NCBI GenBank assembly: GCA_036509215.1
Contig: DATCGA010000501.1
Span: 1-63,757 of the forward strand
Length of the DNA: 63,757 nt
Reading direction: 5' to 3'
Source: Trebonia sp.
Lineage (GTDB): Bacteria; Actinomycetota; Actinomycetes; Streptosporangiales; Streptosporangiaceae
The position numbers were made by a program, and so were the translations under genes. Numbering within the stretch: position 1 is the first letter of the stretch; each line of letters starts with the position of its first letter. Below the pieces are notes generated by a model, which ran no database searches, was not told the origin of the DNA, and saw only the letters and a list, made by a program, of their open reading frames with translations. This document shows positions 22,409 to 32,524 of the stretch, piece by piece.

Positions 22409-23893
22409 GTCCCCTGGCCGGGCCGCGCCCGTCCGCGCGGGGGCCGGCCAGGGCGCGGAGCTCGTCCTCGTCAGCGGGAAGATCCGCACCCCCGCCCATC
22501 CGTCCGGTTTCGTGCAGGCGGCCGCGATCAGCGGCGGCGTGGTGGTCGCGCTCGGCCGCGACGAGGAGCTCCGCGACCTCGTCCGCCCGCTCACCCGGGT
22601 GGTGAACCTGCGCGGCCGGCTCGCGATCCCCGCCTTCGGCGACGCGCACGTGCACCCGGTCCAGGGCGGGCTGGAGTCCCTGCGCTGCAACCTGGCCGGC
22701 CTGCGCGCCAGGCAGCAGTACCTGGACACGATCGCCGCCTACTGCGCGACCCTCCGGCCGGGCGCCTGGGTCCTCGGCGGCGGCTGGTCCATGTCGGCCT
22801 TCCCCGGCGGCAAGCCGAACGCGGCCGGGGTCACCGCTCGCACCCCCGACCCGGCCGACGGCCGGATCGAGCGCGACCAGGCCGGCGCTCCCACCGGCGC
22901 GCTCCACGACGGCGCGATGCGGCTGGTCGCCGACTTCGTGCCGCCGCCGGGTCAGGCCGAGATGACCGCCGCCCTCCTCGCCGCCCAGGCCCGACTGCAC
23001 TCCCTCGGCATCACTTCAATCCAGGATGCCTGCATCGGCGACGCGGGCGAGCTGGGCATGCCCGACGCGTTCGACACCTACCGGCGCGCCGCCGCCGACC
23101 GGCTGCTGACCTGCCGGGTGACCGGGGCGCTGTGGTGGGACCGGTTCCGCGGCCGCCACCAGCTCGACACGCTGCAGGCGCGCAGGGAGGCGGCCGACGG
23201 CGGCGGCTACTTCCGCTCTCCGAGGCCGTCCGCCTGCTCGCCGCCCTCGGGTTTCAGCTGCACTTCCACGCGATCGGCGACCGGGCGGTGACCGCCGCCC
23301 TCGACGCCCTGGCCGAGCTCCCCGACGGGCTGCGCGCCAGCGGCAGGCACCACATCGCGCACCTGCAGTTCGTCCGCCCGTCGGACCTGGAGCGGTTCGC
23401 CGAGCTCGGCGTGATCGCGAACTTCCAGCCGCTCTGGGCCTGCCGGGACGAACAGAACGACCAGCTCACGGTGCCGTTCGTGGGCGATGAGCGGGCGGCG
23501 TGGCAGTACCGGATCGGCTCGTTCCTAAGACTCGGTGCGCGGGTGGCGTTCGGCAGTGACTGGCCGGTGTCGAGCGCGGACCCGCTGCAGGAGATGCACG
23601 TGGCGGTCAACCGGATGCTCTCGACCGAGCTCGGCCAGCCGGGGTCGGTCGAGACGACCGAGCCGCTGCTGCCGGACGAGGCGATCACGATCAGCGCCGC
23701 CGTCGACGCGTTCACCCGCGGCGTCGCCTACGTCAATCACGAGGAGGACGTGGCGGGCACGCTCGAGCTCGGCAAGCTGGCCGACGTCGCCGTGCACACC
23801 CAGGACGTCTACGCAGTCCCGCCCGCCGCCATCGGCCACACAACGGTCGCGCTGACGGTCGCCGGCGGCCAGATTGTGCACGGCGACGAATAG
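22383..23893 (+). pseudogene. Amidohydrolase_3 (YtcJ-like), frameshifted with internal deletions
   Basis: PAFGDAHVH in one frame; HAIGDRA, HHIAHLQ, FGSDWPV and GKLADVA in another. Frame change near 23215, and conserved segments are missing near 22825 and 23215. Confidence 0.75.
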
Positions 23894-23920
23894 CGAACAG
23901 ACCGTGAACGGGCCGTGAAC
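23893..23920 (-). promoter_or_regulatory. Putative PHO box (PhoP direct repeats)
   Basis: Minus strand reads GTTCACGGCCC GTTCACGGTCT GTTCGC, with 11-nt spacing, upstream of ppk2. Confidence 0.55.
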
Positions 23921-24045
23921 GGGAACAAGGGAACGGGAACAACCGCCCGTACGATGGGAAAGGCATTTGAACCGGGCGGCAGCCGGCCGGTGAACACCCG
24001 CCCCCCGCTCGTGACCTGGCGGCATTGATGTGTTGTATTTATAAA

Positions 24046-24978
24046 GTGATCAACGCGCTGCCTTCGCCCGGCTCGGATGACCCTGCCGACCTCGCCATCC
24101 TGGCCGGGCTGACCGTACAAGACAACGAAGACGACGATCCGGTCCTGCTCTGGCCGGACGGCACGCAGGTCGATACCTGGCGCGAGGACTACCCGTACGA
24201 CGAGCGGATGTCGCGCGAGTACTACGACCGCGCCAAGCGGCTGCTCCAGATTGAGCTGGTCAAGCTGCAGAACTGGGTCAAGGAGACCGGCCAGCGGATC
24301 GTCATCATCTTCGAGGGACGCGACGCGGCAGGCAAGGGCGGCACGATCAAGCGGTTCACCGAGCACCTCAACCCGCGCGGCGCCCGGGTCGTGGCGCTGG
24401 AGAAGCCCAGCGAGCGCGAGAAGACCCAGTGGTACTTCCAGCGCTACGTGACCCACCTGCCCTCGGCCGGGGAGATCGTGCTGTTCGACCGCTCCTGGTA
24501 CAACCGGGCCGGCGTCGAGCGGGTGATGGGGTTCTGCACCCCCGAGGAGTACCTGGAGTTCATGCGGGAGGCGCCGGAGTTCGAGCGGATGCTGGTGCAC
24601 TCCGGGATCTCGATGACGAAGTTCTGGTTCTCGGTCACGCGGTCCGAGCAGCGGACCCGGTTCATCATCCGGCAGGTCGACCCGGTCCGGCGGTGGAAGC
24701 TGTCCCCGATGGACATCCAGTCGCTCGACAAGTGGGAGGACTACACCGAGGCGAAGGAGGCGATGTTCTTCTACACCGACACCGCCGACGCGCCCTGGAC
24801 GGTGGTCAAGTCCAACGACAAGAAGCGCGCCAGGCTCGAGGCGATCCGTCACATCCTCGAGCAGTACGACTACGACGACAAGGACGAGGAGGTCGTCGGC
24901 AAGCCGGACGGGAAGATCATCGGGCCGCCGGCGCTGCTGTCGGAGAACTCCGCGATCCAGACGTTCACTAGATTGTGA
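24046..24978 (+). CDS. ppk2: Polyphosphate kinase 2
   Basis: FEGRDAAGKGG, QWYFQRY, LFDRSWYNRAGVERVMGF, WKLSPMD. Start is uncertain (24025-24046). Confidence 0.95.
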   Translation: MINALPSPGSDDPADLAILAGLTVQDNEDDDPVLLWPDGTQVDTWREDYPYDERMSREYYDRAKRLLQIELVKLQNWVKETGQRIVIIFEGRDAAGKGGTIKRFTEHLNPRGARVVALEKPSEREKTQWYFQRYVTHLPSAGEIVLFDRSWYNRAGVERVMGFCTPEEYLEFMREAPEFERMLVHSGISMTKFWFSVTRSEQRTRFIIRQVDPVRRWKLSPMDIQSLDKWEDYTEAKEAMFFYTDTADAPWTVVKSNDKKRARLEAIRHILEQYDYDDKDEEVVGKPDGKIIGPPALLSENSAIQTFTRL

Positions 24979-25640
24979 GGGTGAGCGTTACCGAGAAGGG
25001 CATCATCGAGACCACCACCACCGAGATCACCTCCGAGGACGAGCTGCGGGAAGCGCTTGGCGGGTTCCCGTCCGGGCGCGCCGCCAGCAAGGACCGGCCC
25101 GCCCTGCACCCGCTGCAGATCGAATGGCTCCGCAGGTCGCCGTTCTGCGTGCTGGCCACGTCGGACGCCGACGGCAACTGCGACGCCTCCCCCAAGGGCG
25201 ACCCGGCCGGGCAGCTCATCCACGTGCTTGACCCCCGCACCGTCGCCATCGCCGAGCGCCCCGGCAACAAGCGCGCCGACGGGTACCTCAACATCCTCGC
25301 CAACCCGCATGTCGGGCTCATCGCGCTGATCCCCGGCCGCAACGACACGCTGCGCATCAACGGCCGGGCCAGGATCGTGCGGGACGCCCCGTTCTTCTCC
25401 GAGCTGGCCGTCCGCGGCCAGCGGCCGGTGCTGGCGGTGGTGATCGAGATCAAGACGGTGTTCTCGCACTGCCCGAAGGCGTTCCTGCGATCGACGCTGT
25501 GGGAGCCGACGTCCTGGCCGGCCGCCGACGCGCTGCCATCGGTGGCCGCGCTGACCAAGGCGGTGCTGGACTCACCGGAAACTCTCGAGGAGCTGGAGGC
25601 GTACTACGCAGGGCCGAACTACTCGAGGCTGTTGTACTGA
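24975..25640 (+). CDS. FMN-binding PNPOx-like protein (MSMEG_1061-like)
   Basis: CDASPKGDP, ERPGNKRADG, TLRINGRA, HCPKAFLRS. Confidence 0.88.
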   Translation: MRVSVTEKGIIETTTTEITSEDELREALGGFPSGRAASKDRPALHPLQIEWLRRSPFCVLATSDADGNCDASPKGDPAGQLIHVLDPRTVAIAERPGNKRADGYLNILANPHVGLIALIPGRNDTLRINGRARIVRDAPFFSELAVRGQRPVLAVVIEIKTVFSHCPKAFLRSTLWEPTSWPAADALPSVAALTKAVLDSPETLEELEAYYAGPNYSRLLY

Positions 25641-26221
25641 GCCCACAGGGCCGGGATCGTCACCCCGAGGCCGCCGAGCAGCCCGCGCAGCAGCGGCAGC
25701 GAGATGCCGATCACGTTGTTGTGATCGCCGTCGATCGATTCGACGAACCAGCCGCCCAGTCCCTCGATGGTGAAACCGCCGGCCATGCCGAGCGGCTCGC
25801 CGGTGAAGACGTAGGCGGAAATCTCCTCCTCGGTCGGAGTGCCGAAGCGGACCGTCGTCGCGGCCACGGCCTCGACCCGCTTCCCGGTCGAGGCGTCGAT
25901 CACGCAGTGCCCGGTGTACAGCGTGCCCGTCCGGCCCGACATCTCGTGCCAGCGGGCGGCCGCCTCCACCAGGTCGGCCGGCTTGCCGTAGACGCGGCCG
26001 TCGAGGTCGAGCATCGAGTCGCAGCCGATGACGATCCCGTCGTCCAGCGACGCGGCGACGGCCGACGCCTTGGCCGAGGCGAGGACTGCGGTGAGCTCGT
26101 CGGTCGACTCGGCCGAGAACGCGTCCTCGTCAATACCGCTGACGATGACCTGGGGATCGAGGCCGGCCGCGCGCAGCACTGCGAGGCGAGCCGGGGAAGC
26201 TGAAGCTAGTACGAGGCGCAC
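25619..26221 (-). CDS. maf: Maf-family nucleotide pyrophosphatase
   Basis: LVLASASPAR, IGCDS, YGKP, GEPLGMAGGF, NVIGISL. Confidence 0.93.
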   Translation of the reverse strand: MRLVLASASPARLAVLRAAGLDPQVIVSGIDEDAFSAESTDELTAVLASAKASAVAASLDDGIVIGCDSMLDLDGRVYGKPADLVEAAARWHEMSGRTGTLYTGHCVIDASTGKRVEAVAATTVRFGTPTEEEISAYVFTGEPLGMAGGFTIEGLGGWFVESIDGDHNNVIGISLPLLRGLLGGLGVTIPALWAQYNSLE

Positions 26222-26267
26222 GCAACAGAACATACGGCAACAGATGCTGGGGCGTAGCATCGTTGCC

Positions 26268-27173
26268 ATGCGTTTTGGCCTCGTTGGTACCGGTCACTGG
26301 GCGAACTCGGTGCACGCGCCCGCACTTGCCACCGCCCCGGGGGCCCGGCTGGCCTCCGTCTGGGGGCGGAACGCGGAGGCGACGGCCGCGCTCGCGGCCG
26401 GCCACGAAGTGACCGCCTACGACGACTTCGACGCGTTCCTCGCCAGTGTGGACGCGGTCTCGTTCGCGGTGCCGCCGGACGTGCAGGCGCCGCTCGCGAT
26501 CCGCGCGGCCGAGGCGGGCAAGCACCTGCTGCTCGAGAAGCCGGTCGCGCTGTCGGTGGCGGACGCCGACGCGGTCGTCACCGCCGTGGAGAAGGCCGGC
26601 GTTGCCTCGGTCGTGTTCTTCACCTGGCGGTTCAACCGCGAGATCCGGGCCTGGCTGGCCGATGAGCAGGCGCGGGGCGGGTGGTCCGGCCGCGGCTGGT
26701 CGGGCGGGGTCGCGGTCTGGCTCGGCACCGCGCTCGCGGACGACTCCCCGTTCAACACGCCCTGGCGGCAGCGGAAGGGCGCCCTCTGGGACCTCGGCCC
26801 GCACCTGGTCGGCATGCTCTGGGCCTGCCTCGGCCCGGTGACGTCGGTGTCGGCCGTGCGAGGCCAGGGCGACGTGCGGCACCTGGTCCTCCAGCACGAG
26901 GGCGGCGCCTCCTCCACCACGAGCACCGCGCTGGACGCCCCCGAGCCGGCCGAGGGGTTCAACCTGTTCGTCTGGGGCGCGGCCGGCCGCTCGGTCATGC
27001 CCGCCACCCCGGACGACCCGGAGCAGTGCCTGCGGGTCGCCGCCGCCGAGCTCATCGGATGCGTGAACTCGGGCCAGCCGAATCATCCGTGCGACGTCCG
27101 CTTCGGCCGTGACATCGTCGCCGTGCTGGCCGAGGCCGAGGCGCAGCTCTCGCGGCCCCAGACTCGACATTAA
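26268..27173 (+). CDS. Gfo/Idh/MocA oxidoreductase
   Basis: FGLVGTGHWA, GKHLLLEKP, GALWDLGPH. Confidence 0.9.
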   Translation: MRFGLVGTGHWANSVHAPALATAPGARLASVWGRNAEATAALAAGHEVTAYDDFDAFLASVDAVSFAVPPDVQAPLAIRAAEAGKHLLLEKPVALSVADADAVVTAVEKAGVASVVFFTWRFNREIRAWLADEQARGGWSGRGWSGGVAVWLGTALADDSPFNTPWRQRKGALWDLGPHLVGMLWACLGPVTSVSAVRGQGDVRHLVLQHEGGASSTTSTALDAPEPAEGFNLFVWGAAGRSVMPATPDDPEQCLRVAAAELIGCVNSGQPNHPCDVRFGRDIVAVLAEAEAQLSRPQTRH

Positions 27174-27237
27174 GTTCCGGTAGCAACCAGGAATGGCACT
27201 GTACCTACGTGCGCGTGTCCGCCTAGGCTTTACCGAT

Positions 27238-27903
27238 ATGAGTAGCTCGCCCGCCGTACCCGACCCACAGCACCTGCGCGCCTCCGACGCCGACCGGGAG
27301 CGCGTCGCGGAAACGCTGCGCGAGGCCGCCGGCGACGGGCGGCTGACGATGGACGAGCTCGACGAGCGGCTCGACGCCGTGTACGCGGCCAAGACCTATG
27401 CCGAGCTGGTGCCGATCACCCTCGACCTGCCCGACCACAGCGGCGCCGCGTCCGTCCCGGCGCCGTCCCGGCCGGCCTCGAAAGACGTGCGCCAGTACGG
27501 CGGGGAGCCGACGTCGCACACCGCCGTCGCCATCCTCGGCGGCTTCTCCCGCAAGGGCGACTGGGTGGTGCCGAAGACGTTCAACGCCTTCATGCTGCTC
27601 GGCGGCGGCGAGATCGACCTGCGCGACGCCCGGTTCGCCGAGCGCGAGGTCTCCATCCACGTGGTCGCGATCCTGGGCGGCTGCGAGATCACCGTGCCCG
27701 ATGACGCCACCGTCAACGTCAACGGCGTCGGCATCATGGGCGCGTTCGAGCACTCGGCCCAGGGATCCCCCAGCTCGGGCGACGGACCGGTGATCAACAT
27801 CAGCGGGGTCGCCTTCATGGGCGGCGTCGACGTCACCCGCAAGCCCCCGAAGCAGTCGAAGCGCGACAAGCTCGAGGCCAAGCGCCGCCGCGAACTCGAA
27901 TAG
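27238..27903 (+). CDS. DUF1707 (SHOCT-like) plus LiaF/DUF2154-like protein
   Basis: LRASDADRERVA..GRLTMDELDERL; GGEIDLRDA beta repeats. Confidence 0.88.
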   Translation: MSSSPAVPDPQHLRASDADRERVAETLREAAGDGRLTMDELDERLDAVYAAKTYAELVPITLDLPDHSGAASVPAPSRPASKDVRQYGGEPTSHTAVAILGGFSRKGDWVVPKTFNAFMLLGGGEIDLRDARFAEREVSIHVVAILGGCEITVPDDATVNVNGVGIMGAFEHSAQGSPSSGDGPVINISGVAFMGGVDVTRKPPKQSKRDKLEAKRRRELE

Positions 27904-28376
27904 TGGACCGCCTCGACACCTGGCTGAACGCGCAACGCGGCTGGCGGCGCTTCGGTCTGCTCCTGGTGCAGATCGGCCCGATCGCCGTGCTGCTCGCCTT
28001 CTGCGTCGTGAGGGTATCCGGCCCCAGCCTCCCTCCTCTTGGCCTGGCCTTCGCCGGAGTCGTCGCGCTGGGCCTCGCCGGAGCTGCACTGCTGAGCCTT
28101 CTCCGGCTCTGGCTCCACGCAAGGCGCGGCAGGGACGACCGCAAAAAGCAGGTACCCCTGCTCACATGGCGTGCCATCGCTTACTCCCCTGTCATGATGG
28201 GCCCCTTCATCCTCATAGTGAGCTTCAATAACGCATCGCCCGAATGGCACCGACAGCACCACCGCGTGCTGGATATTGCCCTTCTCATTCTCTTTCCCTG
28301 CATGATCTTCGTGATGATAGAGCAATCCCGATACATGAAACGCCTGCGCGATCGGCAGAATTACTACATGACGTAG
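27903..28376 (+). CDS. Hypothetical 4-TM membrane protein
   Basis: Four hydrophobic stretches; starts at the upstream stop; 3' half is lower in GC. Confidence 0.55.
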   Translation: MDRLDTWLNAQRGWRRFGLLLVQIGPIAVLLAFCVVRVSGPSLPPLGLAFAGVVALGLAGAALLSLLRLWLHARRGRDDRKKQVPLLTWRAIAYSPVMMGPFILIVSFNNASPEWHRQHHRVLDIALLILFPCMIFVMIEQSRYMKRLRDRQNYYMT

Positions 28377-28420
28377 TAGAGTTTCGGGTATTCACGCTGA
28401 GCGTCGGCGGAGGCGGGTTC

Positions 28421-29611
28421 ATGGGTGCAGACGAGCTGACGGCGACGGTTGTCGGCGGCGGGATCGCGGGGCTGGCGTCGGCGGTCGCGCTCGCGCAGGC
28501 GGGCTGGCGGGTCACCGTGCTCGAGCGCGCGGCGGCGTTCGGCGAGGTCGGGGCCGGGCTGGCGACCACCGGGAACGGGATGACGGCGCTGGCCGCCCTC
28601 GGGCTCGGCCAAGCCATCGGCGAGGTTGCCTACCAGACCGGCACGGCCGGCCTGCAGGACCAGGCCGGCCGGTGGATCATGCGGATGCCCGACACCCGGT
28701 CCGACCCGGCCGCGGTCACCACGATCTGGGGGCTGCAGCGGCAGCGGCTGCACGGCGTCCTGCGCGCGGCGGCCGAGGCGGCCGACGGCGTCGAGCTCGT
28801 GACCGGCGCCGAGGTCCTCGTCGTCACGCCCGGCGCCCTCGGCGGCGAGCAGGCGACGGTGACCTGGCGCACGGACAACACAGGCCACAAGGCCAAGATG
28901 GCGCTGGTCGTCGCCGCCGACGGCGTGCGCAGCGCGATCCGGGCGCGGCTGTTCCCCGCGGCCGCGGCCCGCTACAGCGGCAGCACCAGCTGGCGCGCGA
29001 TCATCCCCGACACCGACTCCGAGGACCGGCTGGTCCAGGCGTGGGGGCCGGGCACCGAGTTCGGCTCGCTGCGGGTGAGCGCGGACGAGATCTACTGGTA
29101 CGGGTACTTCCGCAACCCGGAGGGGGCGGTCTTCGCCGACGAGCTGGCGGCCGCCCGCGAGCGCTTCGCGAGGTGGGCGCCGTGGGTTCGGGCGATGGTC
29201 GACGCCACCCCGGCCGACCGGCTGATGCGGCACGACGTCTACCACCTGCCGGGCGGCCTCCCTGGCTACGCGCACGGACGGGTCGTCTTGGTCGGCGACG
29301 CCGCCCACGCCATGCTGCCCACGGCCGGCCAGGGGGCGGCCACCGCGCTCGAGGACGGCGTCTGCGTCGGGCGCCTGATCGCCGCGCCGGTCGGGGCGGG
29401 CGGCGACCTGACGGCGGCGCTGGCCGCGTTCGACGGCGCCCGCCGGCCGCGCTGCCGGCGAATCGCCAGGACCGCGATCATGACCGCCCGGTTCGGCTGC
29501 GACCTCGGCGGCGGCTGGCGGCAGCCGGTCCGCAACGCGATCTTCCGCCGCCTGCCGGCCGGGCAGCTGGTCAAGGCGGGCCAGTCGATCGTGCGCTGGA
29601 CCGCTCCCTAG
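28421..29611 (+). CDS. FAD-dependent monooxygenase (class A)
   Basis: VGGGIAGL, ADGVRS, VGDAAHAMLP..GQGA..ALED. Confidence 0.92.
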   Translation: MGADELTATVVGGGIAGLASAVALAQAGWRVTVLERAAAFGEVGAGLATTGNGMTALAALGLGQAIGEVAYQTGTAGLQDQAGRWIMRMPDTRSDPAAVTTIWGLQRQRLHGVLRAAAEAADGVELVTGAEVLVVTPGALGGEQATVTWRTDNTGHKAKMALVVAADGVRSAIRARLFPAAAARYSGSTSWRAIIPDTDSEDRLVQAWGPGTEFGSLRVSADEIYWYGYFRNPEGAVFADELAAARERFARWAPWVRAMVDATPADRLMRHDVYHLPGGLPGYAHGRVVLVGDAAHAMLPTAGQGAATALEDGVCVGRLIAAPVGAGGDLTAALAAFDGARRPRCRRIARTAIMTARFGCDLGGGWRQPVRNAIFRRLPAGQLVKAGQSIVRWTAP

Positions 29612-29707
29612 CCAGCCCGCCCGACGGGGCAATGCGGCGGCTGAGAGTCGCCCGGGTCCGTTCGATAAAACGATTTTTGGGCTTTTAGCGGGCGGCGTAG
29701 TCGGGGG

Positions 29708-30730
29708 CTACCGCCAGCCGAGGCCGGGGGCCACGTGGGTCAGGACGGACTCGATGACGTGCGCGTTGTACTCGACGCCGAGCTGGTTGGGGACGGTGAG
29801 CAGCAGGGTGTCGGCGGCGGCGATGCCCTCGTCCTCCTTGAGCTGCTCGATCAGCTTGTCGGGCTCGGCCGCGTAGCTGCGGCCGAAGATCGCCTGGGTG
29901 CTCGCGTCGATGTGGCCGATCTGGTCCTCGTCGGTGCCGCGGCCGCCGAAGTAGGCCCAGTCGCGCTCGTCGGTGAGCGCGAAGATGGACCGGCTGACCG
30001 ACACCCGCGGCTCGCGGTCGTGGCCCGCTTCCTTCCACGCCTGGCGGTAGCCCCGGATCTGCTCGGCCTGCTGGACGTGGAACGGCTTGTCCGACTCATG
30101 GTCGACCAGGGTCGAGCTCTGCAGGTTCATGCCCATCGTCGCCGCCCACTTGGCGGTCTTCTGCGATCCGGCGCCCCACCAGATCCGCTCGCGGAGCCCG
30201 GCCGAGTACGGCTCGATGCGCAGCAGGCCGGGCTGGTTGCGGAACATCGGGCGCGGGTTCGGCTGGGCGAAGCCCTCGCCCTTCAGCGCCGTCAGCAGCA
30301 CCTCGGCGTGCTCGCGGGCCATGTCGGCGTCGCTCTTGCCCTCGGGCGGCTGGTAGCCGAAGTACCGCCAGCCGTCGATGACCTGCTCGGGGGATCCCCG
30401 GCTGATGCCAAGCTGGAGACGGCCGCCGGCGATGAGGTCGGCCGCGCCGGCGTCCTCGGCGAAGTAGAGCGGGTTCTCGTAGCGCATGTCGATGACGGCC
30501 GTGCCGATCTCGATCTTGCTGGTCTTGGCGCCGACGGCGGCGAGCAGCGGGAACGGGGAACCCAGCTGCTGGGCGAAGTGGTGCACGCGGAAGTAGGCGC
30601 CATCGGCGCCGAGCTCCTCGGCCGCTACCGCCAGGTCGATCGACTGCAGCAGCGAGTCAGACGCCGACTGCACCTGCGAGCCCGGCGCCGTCGACCAGTG
30701 ACCGAACGAGAGAAACCCGATACTCTTCAC
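29708..30730 (-). CDS. LLM-class flavin-dependent oxidoreductase
   Basis: IGFLSFGHW, AYFRVHHFA, IEIGTAVIDMRYENP. An alternative ATG start lies at 30763. Confidence 0.9.
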   Translation of the reverse strand: MKSIGFLSFGHWSTAPGSQVQSASDSLLQSIDLAVAAEELGADGAYFRVHHFAQQLGSPFPLLAAVGAKTSKIEIGTAVIDMRYENPLYFAEDAGAADLIAGGRLQLGISRGSPEQVIDGWRYFGYQPPEGKSDADMAREHAEVLLTALKGEGFAQPNPRPMFRNQPGLLRIEPYSAGLRERIWWGAGSQKTAKWAATMGMNLQSSTLVDHESDKPFHVQQAEQIRGYRQAWKEAGHDREPRVSVSRSIFALTDERDWAYFGGRGTDEDQIGHIDASTQAIFGRSYAAEPDKLIEQLKEDEGIAAADTLLLTVPNQLGVEYNAHVIESVLTHVAPGLGWR

Positions 30731-30845
30731 GCCCCGCTTGAACGCGGGCCCCTGTATCCGCATTCCTTGACGGGATAACACGCCGACGTGGCCCTGCCCA
30801 CACCTGGTGCACGCGCGCCGCGCGGCGTCTTGCGAGCCGGGCGGT

Positions 30846-31475
30846 CTACCCGTACGTCGGATGCTGCGGCCAGCCGGCCGGCGAGTCCTCCCAGTCCTCC
30901 TGCCGGCCGTACGGGGCCAGGTCGAGGAGGTTGTTGACGAACAGCAGCCGGTCAACGCCGCGGGCCTTGGTGAAGTAGGTCTGGTACACCCCGTCCTCGT
31001 CGCGGAAGAACATGCTGAACCCGAAGAACCCCTCCGTGCCGCAGTCATCGGAGAACGTCGTGCCCCGCGACGACACGAACGGCATGGTCCAGCCCATCTT
31101 CGCCTTGTACGCCTCGATCTGGGCGATCGGCATGTTGGAGACGGTCGCCCACGCGACGCCGTTCTCGGCCAGGCCGTCCAGGTTGACGACGTTGCTGGTG
31201 AACCACGTGCAACCCGGGCAGAACTCGTCCGGGCCGTTGTCCATGAACTGGTAGACGGCCAGCTGCGCGTGATCGCCGAACAGATCGCGCAGCGTGGTGG
31301 TGCCGTCCGCAGTCTCGAACGTGTAGTCATCGAACTTGACCATCGGCAGCCGGCGCCGCCTGGCGGCGATCGCGTCCAGCGTCCTGGTGGCTTCCTTCTC
31401 GGCCTTGAGCAGCTCGTCACGGGCCTGCTGCCACTCGGCAGCCGACACGACCTTCGGTTTAGCTATCCCTGTCAT
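30846..31475 (-). CDS. DUF899 family thioredoxin-like protein
   Basis: EKEATRTLDAIAARRRRLP, CPGCT, LDLAPYGRQEDWEDSP; GGAGG RBS. Confidence 0.9.
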   Translation of the reverse strand: MTGIAKPKVVSAAEWQQARDELLKAEKEATRTLDAIAARRRRLPMVKFDDYTFETADGTTTLRDLFGDHAQLAVYQFMDNGPDEFCPGCTWFTSNVVNLDGLAENGVAWATVSNMPIAQIEAYKAKMGWTMPFVSSRGTTFSDDCGTEGFFGFSMFFRDEDGVYQTYFTKARGVDRLLFVNNLLDLAPYGRQEDWEDSPAGWPQHPTYG

Positions 31476-31509
31476 GGCGCGTGGCCTCCGTGTTAGTCCT
31501 CACCTAAAT

Positions 31510-31540
31510 CCCAGACTGCGCGCTCGCGGGTTTCTCATCG
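31510..31540 (-). promoter_or_regulatory. Putative SigG-type ECF promoter for the DUF899 gene
   Basis: CGATGA-N18-GTCTGGG on the minus strand. Confidence 0.5.
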
Positions 31541-31600
31541 GTCGGCCGCCGCCTAGATCAAATTCTTTATCTCGAACGGACCGTGCATGACTCCCCGAGC

Positions 31601-32050
31601 TCACAGGTTCCTGGGGCCGGGTCCCTGGCGCCCGAGGATGTCACCGGGGTTGATGAGCTTGCACAGGTCCAGGGACAGGCACCCGCAGCCGATGCACCCG
31701 CTGAGGTTGTCGCGCAGGCGCTGGAGCCGGCTGATCTGGTCGTCGAGCTCGCCCCGCCACGCCTCCGACAGGCGCTCCCAGTCCCGGCGGGTGGGGGTGC
31801 GGCGGTCGGGCAGCTGGTCGAGCGCGGCCTTGATGCGCGCCAGCGGGATCCCGACGCCCTGCGAGGCGCGGATGAACGCCACCCGGCGAAGCGCCTCCCG
31901 CGGGTACCGGCGCTGGTTGCCGGCAGTCCGCCGGCTGGAGATGAGCCCCTGCGCCTCGTAGAAGTGCAGCGCGGAAACGGCCACGCCGCTGCGCGCGGCC
32001 ACCTCGCCAACGGAGAGCTCTCCCGCCACGGCCGCCTGTTCCCTGTCCAT
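31601..32050 (-). CDS. soxR: Redox-sensitive transcriptional activator SoxR
   Basis: SGVAVSALHFYE, GNQRRY, 2Fe-2S motif GCIGCGCLSLDLC. Confidence 0.96.
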   Translation of the reverse strand: MDREQAAVAGELSVGEVAARSGVAVSALHFYEAQGLISSRRTAGNQRRYPREALRRVAFIRASQGVGIPLARIKAALDQLPDRRTPTRRDWERLSEAWRGELDDQISRLQRLRDNLSGCIGCGCLSLDLCKLINPGDILGRQGPGPRNL

Positions 32051-32054
32051 GAGC

Positions 32055-32085
32055 TTGACCTGAACATTACTTGAGGTCTTAGCGT
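32055..32085 (+). promoter_or_regulatory. SoxR-dependent promoter with sox box
   Basis: -35 TTGACC, 19-bp spacer, -10 TAGCGT; dyad CCTGAACATTACTTGAGG at 32059-32076. Confidence 0.85.
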
Positions 32086-32091
32086 GGTTGC

Positions 32092-32520
32092 ATGATCCTC
32101 ACCGACGCCGAGCAGCGTTTCCTCGCCCGCCAGCCCCTGGGCCACCTCGCGACCATCGGCCCCGACGGAACGCCCCAGGTGAAGCCGCTCGGGTTCACCT
32201 GGAACGCGGCCCTGGGCACGATCGACATCGCCGGCTTCAACATGGGCGCCAGCGCCAAGTACCGCAACGTCCGGGCCAACCCCCGGGTCGCCCTCGTCGT
32301 CGACGAGATGACCGAGGCCAGCATGGAGGGAGCCCACTTCCTGGAGATCAGGGGCGTCGCCGAGACCGTCATCGGCCGGGCCTCGGCCGACGGCCACCTG
32401 GCGCCGGAGATCATCCGCGTCCACCCGCGGCGGGTCATCGCCTACAACGTCGATCCGGAGCAGCCTGGCCTCCAGTCGCGCGATGCCGGGGCCGGCGACT
32501 CCCAGCCGAACGTGGCCTGA
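32092..32520 (+). CDS. PPOX-class F420-dependent oxidoreductase
   Basis: LGHLATIGPDGTPQVKP, KYRNVRANPRVALVVD, LEIRG. Confidence 0.88.
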   Translation: MILTDAEQRFLARQPLGHLATIGPDGTPQVKPLGFTWNAALGTIDIAGFNMGASAKYRNVRANPRVALVVDEMTEASMEGAHFLEIRGVAETVIGRASADGHLAPEIIRVHPRRVIAYNVDPEQPGLQSRDAGAGDSQPNVA

Positions 32521-32524
32521 GCCG

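Noticed and set aside
23893-23945. GAAC-rich repeats as a CRISPR array
   Set aside because: Units are 6-11 bp with no spacers, and there are no cas genes in the window.
29708-31420. 570-aa ORF as a single protein
   Set aside because: Its N-terminal part is an off-frame reading of the DUF899 gene; LLM homology starts near 30730.
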